A stretch of 63,982 nt of DNA, filler included. It is 6 parts of 6 records of this genome, joined end to end, with 100 filler letters (N's around TTAATTAATTAA, not from the genome) between each part and the next. Parts side by side here need not be neighbours in the genome. Positions count along the whole stretch, not along the records: positions 33,481 to 43,120 come from SRR20825019_2146; positions 43,221 to 50,088 come from SRR20825019_2149; 4 more parts are not named here. The stretch is one strand, 5' to 3'. The notes beneath the pieces were generated by a model. That model saw nothing but the letters and a program-made list of their open reading frames with translations. It made no database searches and was not told the DNA's origin. The position numbers were made by a program, and so were the translations under genes. Shown here piece after piece: positions 34,200 through 46,341 of the stretch (position 1 is its first letter; each line of letters starts with the position of its first letter).

Positions 34200-37100
34200 A
34201 TGGACGACTTAGATACCTTGTCTGTTGGCTCGCTGTCTGATGATGGAGGCGAGTCCACAACAATCGAACAGATTCCTAAGAACACAAAGAAGTCAAAAAA
34301 GACGGACAGTGCTTTTCCTGCGCTGTCTTCTCGCAGCAAGGGCGGCGTGGACGCCGAACTCGCTTTTTTGAAGTCCCTGCCTGCCGAAATGATGCCACAG
34401 CAGCCTTCGCGGCCAACCTCAGGTATGCAAACTGAAGGTCTCGGTTTGATAAGTTCTAAGGTATACTATCTAGCACCCATGCACCGTGGTGGACACAAGC
34501 CTGTGAGGCAGCAAGGCAGCGTCACTTCAGACGCCGTTGACCGAACACTTACAGAGGAAGCCAGTATGGTAAGCGCTGTCAGCAGCGATATGAGCGTGGG
34601 CTTTGGTGGTAGGAAGCTTCGCCAAAGGGCAAGCACAAGCCGTACACGCCGCCGTGTCAGCCGGGGGAGGAAGCGGTCAGCAAGCCACAGCCGCAGCCGC
34701 AGCCGCAGCCCTAACCGCAGCAGCGTAGACGCCATGAAGACCATGCATGGGGTTAAGCCCCAGCGCAAGGCCTGGGCGTTACCAGCCAAGAGTGCGGATG
34801 GTGAATTGGCAAAGGAGGACAGGGTGGTCCGAAACCCCCCGGTACCCCACAAGGATACAGAAAGGCTTGAGGAAGAGATAACCGAACTTAAGAAGCAGCT
34901 GAACCAGTCCAAGAGGGAGCGGTCGGACTTGCGTGTGCGTGCTTCAAAACTTGAGAAGGAGCTACACAAGCGAGAGGATCAAATTGAAGATTTCCTCAGG
35001 GGCAAGTCGTCGGGTGGAGGCACCCGTGCAATAGAGAAGCTTCGTGCTGAGACTGGCATGATGCGCAACTTAAAGCGGATGGTGAATGACTTGGAGTCTG
35101 CACTATCCGAAAAAGAGGACGAGTTGCGTCGAGTCAAGAATGCTAAGAAGCACCGCAAAATTTCTGAGCTTGAGGGCAAGCTGCGGAAGTATTATGAGGA
35201 GAACTCCAGGCTCCAGGAGATGCTGGACACAGGCGCATACCTTAGCGCTGATGATGGTGCACGCCCAGCCAATGCGGCTGCCATCCATCGCCTTGAGAAA
35301 CGTATGGAGAAGCTCAAGCAGAAGAACAAAGAACTTAAGAGCGAAAATTATTTCCTTGCTGTCGATTTGACATCTTATATCAAGGATAACGACAAACTCG
35401 CTCAGAAGTCCTTTGAGGGGGCGCCTAGCAGCCCTGCGGGGCCTGCGGCAACAAGGAATCTCGAGGAAGAGGAGTACATAGAGAAGGTTCGCATGGAAAA
35501 CAATAAGTTGAAGAACCACATCAGAGTAATTGACGACCGTGCACGAGTATTGGAGAACGAACTCGCTCAGCTAAAGGATGTGTACGAACGGGACACTGAG
35601 GCATACCGCCGTCGCGAGGAAAAGGCAGCTACGTCAATCCAATCTTCGTTTAGGGGTTATAAGACTAGGAAGGGTCTTGCGGATCAGCTGGCGTCCCGGC
35701 TTAAGGAACTCGAAGACCGTGCTAAGACGATTGAGGAGGAGAGGCAGATGTATGAACACGCCCTTTATGGGATCCGCAAAGGAGACTGGCGTGGTCAGGA
35801 AGAACCCCGTGGTCGGACCGTCGGTGGTCTCGCACGCCCTGCTTCGGCATCCCATTCTCGTACGGCCTCCCATTCTCGTTCCTCTCGTCCAGCTTCCGCA
35901 ACACCAACCCGGGCAAGCGGGAGATATTCCTCCCATCATTCCAGGGCGTCGTCACCAAACGGAAGCATGAGGAGCAGCAGCCCATCTCCTCATCAGGGCT
36001 CCCCTTACGATCTGAGTAAGTACCCTCGTGACGAGATCGTGCGGCTGCAGCAGTGGTATCGAAGGAAGATATCCATTAATCGGGAGATGGAGATGCACAG
36101 GCAGATCAGGATGAAAAGGATGAAGGACATCTCCCTTGTCGAGAGCATGGATAGCGATTTTGGTCGGGGCAGAAAGAGGGCGAGGTCGCCATCGCGGACA
36201 ACGACCGCCCGTACATCGAGGTCTTTGAGTGGCTCCGGGTCTCCAGCGTCCCGCAATTCTCGCTCCTCCTCCCTCAACGAGCAAGATCTAGTTGACCTGG
36301 AACTTGAGGTAATCCGTTTGCAGAGCTGGTGGCGCGGGGAGCGTGATCGTGCATATGCTGATCACTTGTACGAGGAAAGACTTAGGCGGAGAAATGATCG
36401 CTCACGCAAGAATGAGGCTAAGAAGAACAAAAGGAGTGGCCAGAGCACCGGATCCCAGAGCGTGTATGGAAACCGAAATGCTAGCGCGCTTATCATACAA
36501 AAGACTTGGCGCGGATTTTGGGGAAGAAGGTGGTACTTGGACAATAGGACACGTCTACGCATGCAAAGGACCAAGCGCGGGCGCGCCTTCGCGAAGTCTA
36601 CAAGCATCCAGACCGATGAAGTTGAGAAATTGTTTGCTTCGCTTTTGGAGAGGCTTTGCGAGGTGTACAACGGTCCCGACAAGGACATGCCTGTCCGTTT
36701 CGTAGCAACGAAGAAGATGCTGAATCACGACAAGGAATATGTTGCGCTCAAGATGAAGTATCCTTTTATCCACCACTACATGATCACTGCAACAAACGGC
36801 ATGAAGTTGCTCGGCCGGTCACTCAGAGGAGAGGCGGCTACCGATTTCGTGAATGGTCTCAAGGAAGACCTCACGGATCTCTTGTCTGTGATCCGCAAGG
36901 AGTATGAAGATACTGATTTCTCCGGTTTGGATCCTCTTCATGAAGCCTTCATCTCACAAATTAGGGCGCTGAAGGACTTGGGTGATGTGACTCCGCCAGT
37001 ATTAGAAAAAACGGAGGACTTCACTGCTTTCTTGTGCTCGCTCAGCGAAGCGTTCCGGGCGGTGTCTTCCAATCTTCCGGGGAGGGATATGGGACGGACA

Positions 37101-40100
37101 TATGCCTCCATGGCCGACAGTCTTGCCCAACTCAATCTTACTGCTGATTTAGAGAGGAGAGCATCTTCTTTCATCGATTCTGTGATCTTGATTTGTGAGC
37201 ACAGGAATGCAACTGATCGCGTGAAAGAGGCAATGCTGAACTTCACATCTTCCTTCAATTTTGTTCGTAAGAACATGGAAAAGCACCAAGCCATCATTAT
37301 TTTGTCGTGTCTGGCATCTCTCGTGGAGGTATTGTGCACATCTGATAGTGTTCGCCAGTATCGTGGACGCAAAAACTTTGAGGCGATGATATCATCCTCC
37401 AGTTTTGGCCGATTCCGCGTGGCATGTCCCGATGTATTTGCCCTGGTTGTCTCGGTATACAATGGACTGCGCATGCTTGAGTCGGCGATCGAGGAGACGG
37501 GATCTCGTGAACTGTCCCGTGAGTTCCGTTCCATGCTGGAGGTATTTGCACAAGACGAACCCAAGGCTTACAACGCCAACTATATGGCCGACCTACGCCT
37601 TGCCATGGAATGTTTCAGCATTGTTAATCAATCTTACTGCGAGATAACTGCGGAGAAACGCGAGTCTGGCTTTGATGAGTTCCACAACCGTTCGGAAACA
37701 CGCGAATTCAAGGCCGCGGAGTCATCTTCCCCAGGATTGATGTCGGCCGTGCATACCGTTTACCGACAGGTTTGCCATCACGACGAGAACAGAGAGGACG
37801 TGGTACTTCTTGATGAAGCAGTTTTGTCATTGAAGGGGCTTGCCCGGGCCGTGCGAGCATTTGGTTTGGGACAAGAGGTCAAGGGCTACTTGAGGTCTAT
37901 CCGTGACTTCATCGAGATTGTACGAAATGGTGGCCGGCCCTTGGATACTCCAAGGGGAGCCGAAGAGGACAGCGCGTCTTTCCTTCGTGCCTTGGGTATG
38001 CTCAAGTCTGCCGGCGAGGCTACTGGTGCCACCAAGAACCGCTTATACGCCGAATTCCGCAAGCACGTCGATGGATGCAATTGGGAAAAGGAATTGGTAG
38101 AGAGGGCGCATGGGTTCTGTAATGCGGTGCAGCACCTAGAGATGGTCGACACTTCCAAGGCTGTTCCCCGCGCTGTGCAAGGCGTTTTGGATGCTATCGC
38201 TCTGGGCCAGACGCTAAGCAACAAGGATGCCACCATGGTGCTGTCAACAGTAGCGAGCTTGGTGGATGTTTTCCGAGCTCCCGATGAGATATCGCGCTGC
38301 AGAGGAGATGAAAACTTCAGCAACATGATTTCGAGTGCTTCGTTTAAGAGGTTTGCGGTCACCATTCCCAACGCCTATCAATGTGTACTCGCTATCGCAG
38401 AGAATATGCGTATTTTGGAACATCACTCTATGCTTGATACTACCGGCGCATTGATGGTCGAATTCAAACTTATGCTAGAAACATTTTCAAGGCCCGATGA
38501 TGTGCCTGCGCCTGCAATTAACGTCAAGCAGGACGTTGTCATGTTTGTGTCTGCTATTGGTGATTTGCGTGATATCTTCGTTGCCCCAGCGGATGCGCGG
38601 AAGGCCGGTCGCAACCGTTTTGCCAGTATGATGCACAGCATCAATTATAGCAACATGAATTCGCGCACTCCGCGGCTTGGCGCGAAGCTGAAGAGCATCT
38701 TGCATTTCGCCAACGCCGTGTTTGATTCGACTGAAAACACCAGTGGATATGTGGAGGCGTCTGAAGCGTTGGCGGTTGATCTCGTTAGTGCAATCACCAT
38801 GCTTTCGAAGCACTACCGCGGTGCACAGGAATTGCCGGGATGGAAGCTCGATATATACTCCTTTGTTAAGCTCCTTCGAAGCGCAACCGCTTCTACTCCA
38901 TCACTTTACCTTCCGTTTTTGCAATGTATTGCGTATTTGGAAAGCCCGATGGAATGTATTTCTGGTGCCGACTTTGCGGACAAATGTGAGTCGTGGGTCT
39001 CCACGGCTACAACAACCCTTCCGGACGAGGACTTATATGGACGGGCAATGGGAGTTCTCAACGCGTGCAAGATATACTACAGCTATCGCGAGGAGTACCC
39101 TGCTGGCTGGCACTCCCTCGAAGAATTCCGTGAGAATGTTGCACGGGCAACCAAGGACTTATCGGATGAGATCGGAATTGTTTTCTTAAGCTCCCTGGGC
39201 TCACTTGCTGAGGTGGTCATGACGGAAGACGTTGTGCTCCAAGAACGGGGCTATCGGTCCTTTGCCGAAATGTTGGAGAGCAGCAGCTTCAGTCGATTCT
39301 CCGTTAATGCGCCTTGGCTCGCACCTTCCCTTGGGGGAATCATGAAGGCATTTATGACCTTGGCTACTGTTTCGCACCACGAAAAGGATCTAGATGTTGC
39401 ATTGAAGCACTTAATTGCCGCGATCACCCGGGAAGATATTGGAAAAGAATTGAAGCGGCAGCGTGTTTCTATGCGCACGAGATGCGTTGCAATTGTGTCC
39501 GCTCTTGGTGACTTGCGCGATATCCATCAGTGCAAGAGCGAATCTGGCCGGCTGAGAGGCCGCAAGAATTTTGCAGAGATGCTTCATAGCGATTTGTTCT
39601 TCACAATGAGATCCGAGGACGGTGAGCTTTATGGCCACTTTGATAAGTTGCAAGACCTAGTTCTTGCTTTGAAGGGGTCTAATGCGAAAAGTGAAAAGCG
39701 CGAGCAGGCAGCAAGGGAACTTGGTGCCATCAAGAAGATTCTTCGCCTTCGCTATGGGGCCCGTCGTCCAGAGCTGCGTTTACTCGCGACATTCTTCGAG
39801 GACCGGCAATCCGAGTTTTTGCCGTTTCTCAAGATTATTGCCGACCTTGGTGTTCCTCTAAGATCAAAGCAGTCAAGGCAGTTCCATGACCGCGTTGAGG
39901 CATGGAGCAAGAAGATGGAGTCTGTGTTGCACGATGACGACCTTCGGGACAGAGCCAACAAAATGCTTGGTGCCATGGTGGTCTACAAGCGTTCTGCATC
40001 CTCTTTTTGTGCCCGTGCGTTGCAGCTGTTCAAGGATATTCGATTTCACATCGCGAAGGGCGCCGGCAAGCTGAATGATGATATTGGCATTGTATTCCTC

Positions 40101-43100
40101 TCATCACTGGCCTCTCTTGCCGAGATAATCAACACCCAGGATGACGTGCTTCGTTCCGTCGGATATCGCAACTTTTCTGATATGCTTAAGAGCAATAGTT
40201 TCAGCAGATTTGCTATTGTCGCACCATGGCTAGTTCCTAGCTTGAGCGGAATCCTCAGCGCTATGATGGACCTTGACATTATCACAATTGAGAGTGAATC
40301 AGCTGAAATGCACCTTGCATTCGCATGCATCCTTGAAGCATTTGGGCGAGATGACATTGGAAAGGTCATCAGTAAGCAGAGGGCAGACAGGCACGCCAGG
40401 TGCATTGCTATCGTTTCGATGCTTGGTGATCTTCGCGACATTCACATTTGTGACAACGCGGAGAAGCGCAAGGCTGGCTTCAAAAACTTTGTTGCAATGA
40501 TGCGCAGCGACTTGTTCTCAGTTATTCGTGAAGATGATAGGGAATTGTACGACAAGATTGGGGATCTTGTGGCTGCCGTGCGGGCACTGCAGGGAAGGAC
40601 CTCAAAAGGTGCTGAACTCGATGCCGTTTCCAAGTGTTTGGGTGCTGTGAAGAAGATCCTACGCCTTCGATATGGTGCGAAGGGTAAAGAATTGAAGTAC
40701 TTCAACAAGTTCTTCATGCCCAAGCAGTCATACTATGTTCCTTTCTTGAGGTCTGTTGCCTCTATGGATACTGTACTTGCTGCAAAGAACACCAAACAAT
40801 ATAAGTTGCGTCTGGGCGAATGGGAGTCGATCGTTCTAGCTGGTATTAAGGACGAAGACCTGCAGTCCCGCTCGAGGCTGATTATGGAGGCCTTGTACGC
40901 GTGTGTGTCCCAGGCCACTGTTCCGCAGGCAGCGAAGGCAGCAAAAGAGATCCGCAAGTCCATCGGAAAGGGTGCGGCGAATATGTCAGAAGAGACTGGA
41001 ATCGTGTTCCTTTCGTCTTTAGCGGCCCTCGTGGACATTGTTAGCAATCCTGATGAAGTGCTGCAGGAGAGGGGTTACAGCAATTTTGCGGATATGTTGT
41101 GTAGCCAAAGCTTTGCACGTTTCCTTGTTCAGGCGCCCTGGATTGTCAAGGCATTGAGCAGTGCGATGAGCAGCTTCCGCAACCTTGCCGCCCTCGCAAG
41201 GTCATCGGAATCTGATGTTGTATCCAACAGCTTGAATAAGCTGGTGCAAGCACTTAAGCGGCAAGATGTTGGCAAGTCTATCAAGGAGAACCGGGTTAAC
41301 ACTCGTACTAGGCGTATTGCCATTGTATCTGCAATCGGAGATCTTCGCGACATCCACCAAGCATCAGCCAAGGACCGTAGGAAGGGGCTCATCAATTTCG
41401 CAGAGATGATGCGCAGCGTCCTCTTCTCAACAATTCGTGAGACTGACCATATTATGTACGGCCACATTGAGGAGTTGAGATCTGGTGTGCAAGCGATGGC
41501 AGGGTCGTATGACAAGAGCCCTGCTCAGTCGAAGTCTGTTGCCGCCCTGACCAGCATCAAGAAGCTGTTGCGAGCTAAGTATGGGGCCCGCAATGCGGAA
41601 CAGAAGGTGCTGGCTACGTTCTTTACCCAGCCCAAGCCCAAGGAGATTATCAATAAGCGACGTGATATTCTCAACTTTATTTCTGTGCTTGGTATGGTAA
41701 GTGATGGATTCGTCGAGCCGGGAGGCGAGCGCGAGATTGAGTACGCAGATATCTTCAAGCATGCTGCTTCGCTTGAATTTGCAAGTACCGTGCGCCCGCG
41801 AGTTGTCGAGGCCATTCGCGTTGCTGAAATCATTGACGAGAATGCTACCGACATGGGAGTGCGGATGCTTGTGGAAACATTCTTCGCCGCATTCAAGGAT
41901 GCAGATGCTGGTAACGCCAGCGAGGATGACCTGTTGATGCTTATTTCTGCTTTGGATGAACTGCATGATGCGGTCTTGGAGAAGGAAGCCGCCAAGAAGG
42001 AAGGCCTCTTTTCGGCGTTGCAGCAGTCTCTGGGAGACTCCGGTGGCCGTGGCAAGCTGAAGGCTTCAGCGAATGGACTGCACAAATTACTGTGGAAGGT
42101 GCTTACCGCATGGAAGTCCCTTGATGCGCTTGGCCGTCTTGATCGGGAGGTGAATGGAGAGTATCCGTACAAGATCTTGATTTCACAACTAGGCCAGATT
42201 AGATGGCCCGAAACCGACGCAGCACAACCCAAGCCCGAGCCCAAGCCCGAACCCGAGCCCAAGCCCAAGCCCGAGCCCGAGCCCAAACCTGAGCCCAAGT
42301 CTCCTGAGTGGGCCGAGTTGTTTGTGTCGCGAGTAGAGGACGTGGTCGACGCTGTTGTGTCTCATGGAGACCTTGTGCCGTTGTGCAGTGATGTTAGAGG
42401 CGATCACTTCGATGCAATGAGAGATGGTTCTAGTGTCCTCCACACGATTTTGTGCGCGGTTGCAGAGAGCTCGCAGATGCTTGCCCAGAAACTTAAGAGC
42501 CACGATGAAACCTCAGTTCTAGATGCTGTGACTGAGCTGCGGGAGCACATCGAATGCTCAAACGATCACATTCGTGCCCACTCTATTCCCTCCGATCAAG
42601 AATCATTCGAGAAGAGGCTCATAGAGACAAGTTCAAAGCTCTCAGTAATGTTCGAGGAATTCAAGGCGGCCCTTCCGAAGCCAACACCGATGTGGGTAGA
42701 GACCTTCGTCGGCATCGCAGAGAAGGTTTCCGCAGCCTTGAAAAGCTCCAACCCGGAGACACGGAAGGCTAGTATGAAACTCGGTGACAAGAATGACGTC
42801 ATGGCAATGAAGTCAGGCAGTGCTATTCTCTTCACATCGGCCCAATCAATCCACAAGGCCGTTCAAGTTATTTCGAAATGCATGGAAGAAGGGGATGCTG
42901 CCCGCGCCGAGGAAGCAAAGAAGACCATCAAGGATCAGTCGAGCACTGTGGTCGCCACTCTCAAGCAGGTGTGCACTGGTAGTGAAGGACATCACAAGTA
43001 CGTGAGCAGGTACGAGCTGGCTATCCGTGCCATTACCAGGGTTAGAATTGAGGAGGCGGAAGAACCCCCAGCCACGCAATCACCATCAGGTCTTGCTCGC

Positions 43101-43120
43101 TTCATGTCCGCCCTCGGTAC
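34200..43120 (+). CDS. Giant (>2970 aa, 3' truncated) IQ-motif protein: IQCE-like coiled coil, 4 IQ motifs, five ~305-aa internal repeats
   Basis: Single intronless ORF. EEITELKK...KLEKELHKREDQIEDFL...LRKYYEENSRLQEML resembles IQCE. IQ motifs IQSSFRGY, LQQWYRRK, LQSWWRGE, IQKTWRGF. Repeats carry (GIV)FLSSLASL and NFxxMxxSxSFxRF. Confidence 0.88.
42228..42300 (+). repeat. Coding hexamer repeat (CCC-AAG/CCC-GAG) encoding a PK/PE linker
   Basis: PKPEPKPEPEPKPKPEPEPKPEPK. Confidence 0.85.
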
Positions 43121-43220
43121 NNNNNNNNNNNNNNNNNNNNNNNNNNNNNNNNNNNNNNNNNNNNTTAATTAATTAANNNNNNNNNNNNNNNNNNNNNNNN
43201 NNNNNNNNNNNNNNNNNNNN
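43121..43220. other. Artificial contig spacer
   Basis: N44-TTAATTAATTAA-N44. Confidence 0.99.
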
Positions 43221-44326
43221 ATCAGCACCGGCTTGGTGATGTGGTGGTTGGGCATCATGGTGGCGTAGCCGCCGGTGAGGTTCGGTACGCTCACGCCGAT
43301 GATGGCGTCTTTGACCGCATCCACGTCGGTGGTGCCGGCTTTCTTCACCGCTTCGATGTACATGTTGAAGCCGATGTAGTGGGCTTCCATCGGGTCGTTG
43401 GTGACGGCTTCTTCGTTGCCGGTGTGCTCGATCCACTGGTCGATGAAGTCGTAGTTGGCATCGCTGTCCACACTCATGAAGTAGTTCCATGCCGCCAGGT
43501 GGCCAACCAGCGGGCCGGTGTCGATACCGGAAAGCTCCTGCTCACCCACGGAGAACGCCACCACCGGGATGTCGGAAGCGGAGATGCCCTGGTTACCCAG
43601 TTCACGGTAGAACGGTACGTTGGCGTCGCCGTTGATGGTGGAGACCACAGCGGTCTTCTTACCGGCGGAGCCGAAACGCTTGATGTCAGACACGATGTTC
43701 TGCCAGTCGGAGTGACCGAAAGGCGTGTAGTTGATCATGATGTCTTCCTTGGCAACGCCCTGGTCCATCAGGTAGGTCTCAAGGATCTTGTTGGTGGTGC
43801 GCGGGTACACGTAGTCGGTACCGGCCAGCACCCAGCGTTCAACACCGATGTTGTTCATCAGGTAGTCCACCGCAGGAATGGCCTGCTGGTTGGGCGCGGC
43901 ACCGGTATAGAAAACGTTCTCGGAAGATTCTTCACCTTCGTACTGAACCGGGTAGAACAGCAGGCCGTTGAGTTCTTCAACCACCGGCAGGACGGATTTA
44001 CGGGAAACCGAGGTCCAGTTGCCGAAAATCACGTCCACTTTTTCCTGAGCCAGAAGCTCACGGGCCTTTTCGGCGAACAGCGGCCAGTTGGAGGCAGGGT
44101 CAACCACGACCGCTTCCAGTTCACGGCCCAGAACACCACCTTCGGCGTTCTGCTTGGCGATGAGCATTTCGACGGTGTCTTTCAGCACGGTTTCACTGAT
44201 TGCCATGGTGCCCGACAGGGAGTGGAGGATGCCGACCTTGATGGGATCTTCGGCGGCCGCTGCGCTAAGAGACATTGAGAGAGCCAGTGCTGACAGGCCC
44301 AGTTTCACGTGTTTTCTAATCGTCAT
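43221..44326 (-). CDS. urtA: Urea ABC transporter substrate-binding protein, 3' truncated
   Basis: Signal peptide; IKVGILHSLSGTMAISE, WTSVSRKSVLPV, FYPVQYEGEE, GTDYVYPRTTN; AAGGA RBS before ATG 44326. Confidence 0.95.
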
Positions 44327-44383
44327 GTTGTGCATCCTTTTCGGATTGATTGGTGTTATTGCCCCAAAATGCACCAACACCTC

Positions 44384-44400
44384 TGCATCAGCTGTTCCAG
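44384..44400 (-). promoter_or_regulatory. Sigma-54 promoter of urtA
   Basis: CTGGAACAGCTGATGCA on the minus strand = GG-N10-GC. Confidence 0.7.
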
Positions 44401-44478
44401 AATGAAAAACACGCCTTATTTTTCAGTCAGTTAAATGACATTTGATGACCACTTACCGGGCTTTCGAACCAGCAGTAA

Positions 44479-44525
44479 TGCACCACGATGAATCGCCACT
44501 CCGCTAAGCGCACTATTACGATGCG
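44479..44525. promoter_or_regulatory. Tandem NtrC-like binding sites
   Basis: TGCACCACGATGAATCG and CGCACTATTACGATGCG resemble TGCACC-N5-GGTGCA, 30 bp apart and ~80-125 bp upstream of the sigma-54 site of a nitrogen-uptake gene. Confidence 0.6.
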
Positions 44526-44754
44526 CCAAACCCATAAACCTGCAACTCTATGAACTTAAAAAATAACCTGTTGTTTTAAATATTGTTTTTATCCTGATGC
44601 CAACTGGCCTCCGGTTTTTGTCAAAAAATGGGGCAACAGAATGGTCAACTCTGGTGCTCCAGACCCTTAATCGTGCACCGGAGCTGTAAACGGGAAAATC
44701 CAGAAAATGCATGAACATACGTTCAATTTCCACCTGTCCGTTTGATTACAAATC

Positions 44755-44772
44755 TGTAAGAGATATCGCACA
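44755..44772 (+). promoter_or_regulatory. GacA/UvrY box-like upstream activating sequence
   Basis: TGTAAG-AGATAT-CGCACA versus consensus TGTAAG-N6-CTTACA, ~55 bp upstream of the GGA-rich RNA; TAGAAT -10-like hexamer at 44816-44821. Confidence 0.6.
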
Positions 44773-44828
44773 GATAAGGGAGCGAATGTCCGATTTCTTG
44801 AGAATGGCTCCCATGTAGAATGGTCAAC

Positions 44829-45051
44829 GTCAAGGATGAGAAGCCGGCAAGGAAAGCTGGCTCAGGGAAGATAACTCCACGGATCAGGAGTTGCCCAGGG
44901 AATCAGGGCCACAGGGACGAACACCAGGGAAGACGCGCACAGGATGGTGCGCAGCCTGAAGGATCAGGCATGGGGTCAGCCACGGGCTCAGGAGCATAGG
45001 GAATGTGTTCCTGTCCGTGCACTTCCCCATCTCGCCGGTTACTTTTTCTTT
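44829..45051 (+). ncRNA. CsrB/RsmY/RsmZ-like CsrA-sequestering small RNA
   Basis: 12 GGA motifs in ~175 nt, many in hairpin loops (GCGCAC-AGGATG-GTGCGC, GCCTGA-AGGA-TCAGGC, GCCC-AGGGAATCA-GGGC, GCCGGC-AAGGAAA-GCTGGC); long 3' stem ATGGGG...CCCCAT followed shortly by a U-rich tract. Confidence 0.75.
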
Positions 45052-45126
45052 TCCAACCAGCTCCGCCGCTTTTACGTCCTGACGAATAATCAGACACGTA
45101 AAATCACTCTCAGGAGCAAAGCAAGA

Positions 45127-45396
45127 ATGAAACGCACCCCTTTTATCGCCATGATGGTCCTTCTGTTCAGCCTGTTCACCGGTTTCGCCCACGCTGAACC
45201 CGCCACCATCAACATCAATACCGCCGACATCGAAACCCTGGCCAGCCTCAACGGCATCGGGCAGAGCAAAGCCGAAGCGATTGTGGCCTATCGCGATGCC
45301 AACGGTCCTTTCCAGTCCCGCAACGACCTGACCAACGTCAAGGGCATTGGTGAGCGCACGGTTGAAAAGAACGCCGAGCGCCTGACGGTCGAATAA
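45127..45396 (+). CDS. comEA: ComEA-family helix-hairpin-helix DNA-binding protein
   Basis: Signal peptide, then ININTADIETLASLNGIGQSKAEAIVAYRDANGPF...VKGIG; AGGAG RBS. Confidence 0.92.
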   Translation: MKRTPFIAMMVLLFSLFTGFAHAEPATININTADIETLASLNGIGQSKAEAIVAYRDANGPFQSRNDLTNVKGIGERTVEKNAERLTVE

Positions 45397-45564
45397 CGCT
45401 ATTCGGGCAGTGGCCGGCCGCCACTGCCCGCTCCCAAGTCACCAGCTACCACCCCACCCGTTTTCCGAGCACGCAGACTCCCCATAAAGTCGCCTGGCAA
45501 CCACCAGGGCGCCGCCCTATTATTGTGGTTCAGAGAGACAATAATAATCGCGAGCGACGGCACT

Positions 45565-46341
45565 ATGGTTGATCCCATCAAGGTTTACCCGGCCAAACCT
45601 TCCAAGGTCTATTTCTACGGCACCTGCCTGGTCGACATGTTCTATCCCGACGCGGGCATGGCCGGCATCCAGTTGCTGGAGCGGGAAGGCATTCAGGTCA
45701 TCTACCCCGAAGACCAGACCTGCTGTGGCCAGCCTGCCTACACCTCCGGCTATCACGACGAAGCCCGCGCAGTCGCCCACGCCCAACTCGGGCTGTTTCC
45801 GGAAGACTGGCCGATTGTGGTGCCCTCCGGTTCCTGTGGCGGCATGATGCGCAAGCATTACCCGGCGCTGTTCAAGGACACCTCCGATGAAGTCGCGGCC
45901 GCTGAAATTGCCGGGCGGGTATGGGAACTGACGGACTTTCTGGTGAACGTGTGCCACATCAAACTGGACGACCTGGGTGAGCCCACCACCGTAGCCATGC
46001 ACACCTCCTGCTCCGCCCGCCGTGAAATGGGTGTGGCGGAAGTCGGCCCCAAACTGCTGGGGCAACTGAAAAACGTCAACCTGGTAGAACAGGTTCGAGC
46101 CGAGGAATGCTGCGGCTTTGGCGGTACCTTCGCGGTGCGCCATCCGGAAATTTCCGGGGCGATGGTCAGCGAGAAAGTGGACACCCTGGTGGACACCGGC
46201 GCCAAAGAGTTTGTCACCACGGACTGCGGATGTTTGATGAACATCGCCGGGTACGCTGAGAAAAACCAGAAGCCGGTGACCGGCCAGCACATTCTGAGTT
46301 TCCTCTGGGAACGCACCAGCAGTGGAGGTGAACAGTCATGA
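45565..46341 (+). CDS. lutA: L-lactate utilisation protein A (LutA/LldE/YkgE, CCG domains)
   Basis: TCLVD, QTCCGQPA, SGSCGGM, CCGFGGTFAV, DCGCLMNI. Confidence 0.93.
   Translation: MVDPIKVYPAKPSKVYFYGTCLVDMFYPDAGMAGIQLLEREGIQVIYPEDQTCCGQPAYTSGYHDEARAVAHAQLGLFPEDWPIVVPSGSCGGMMRKHYPALFKDTSDEVAAAEIAGRVWELTDFLVNVCHIKLDDLGEPTTVAMHTSCSARREMGVAEVGPKLLGQLKNVNLVEQVRAEECCGFGGTFAVRHPEISGAMVSEKVDTLVDTGAKEFVTTDCGCLMNIAGYAEKNQKPVTGQHILSFLWERTSSGGEQS

Noticed and set aside
34683-34712. AGCCGC tandem repeat
   Set aside because: Simply encodes a short SRSRSRS tract in the giant ORF.
43241-44278. Long antisense ORFs over bacterial genes (also 59654-60988, 45520-46290, 49334-50088)
   Set aside because: Shadow ORFs caused by high-GC codon bias of the real genes on the other strand.
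44829-45010. AGGGA repeats as a CRISPR array
   Set aside because: Repeats are only 4-6 nt with irregular spacing and there are no cas genes; fits a Csr sRNA instead.
44944-45126. 61-aa N-terminal extension of comEA in the ORF track
   Set aside because: RBS and signal peptide point to ATG 45127; the extension overlaps the sRNA candidate.
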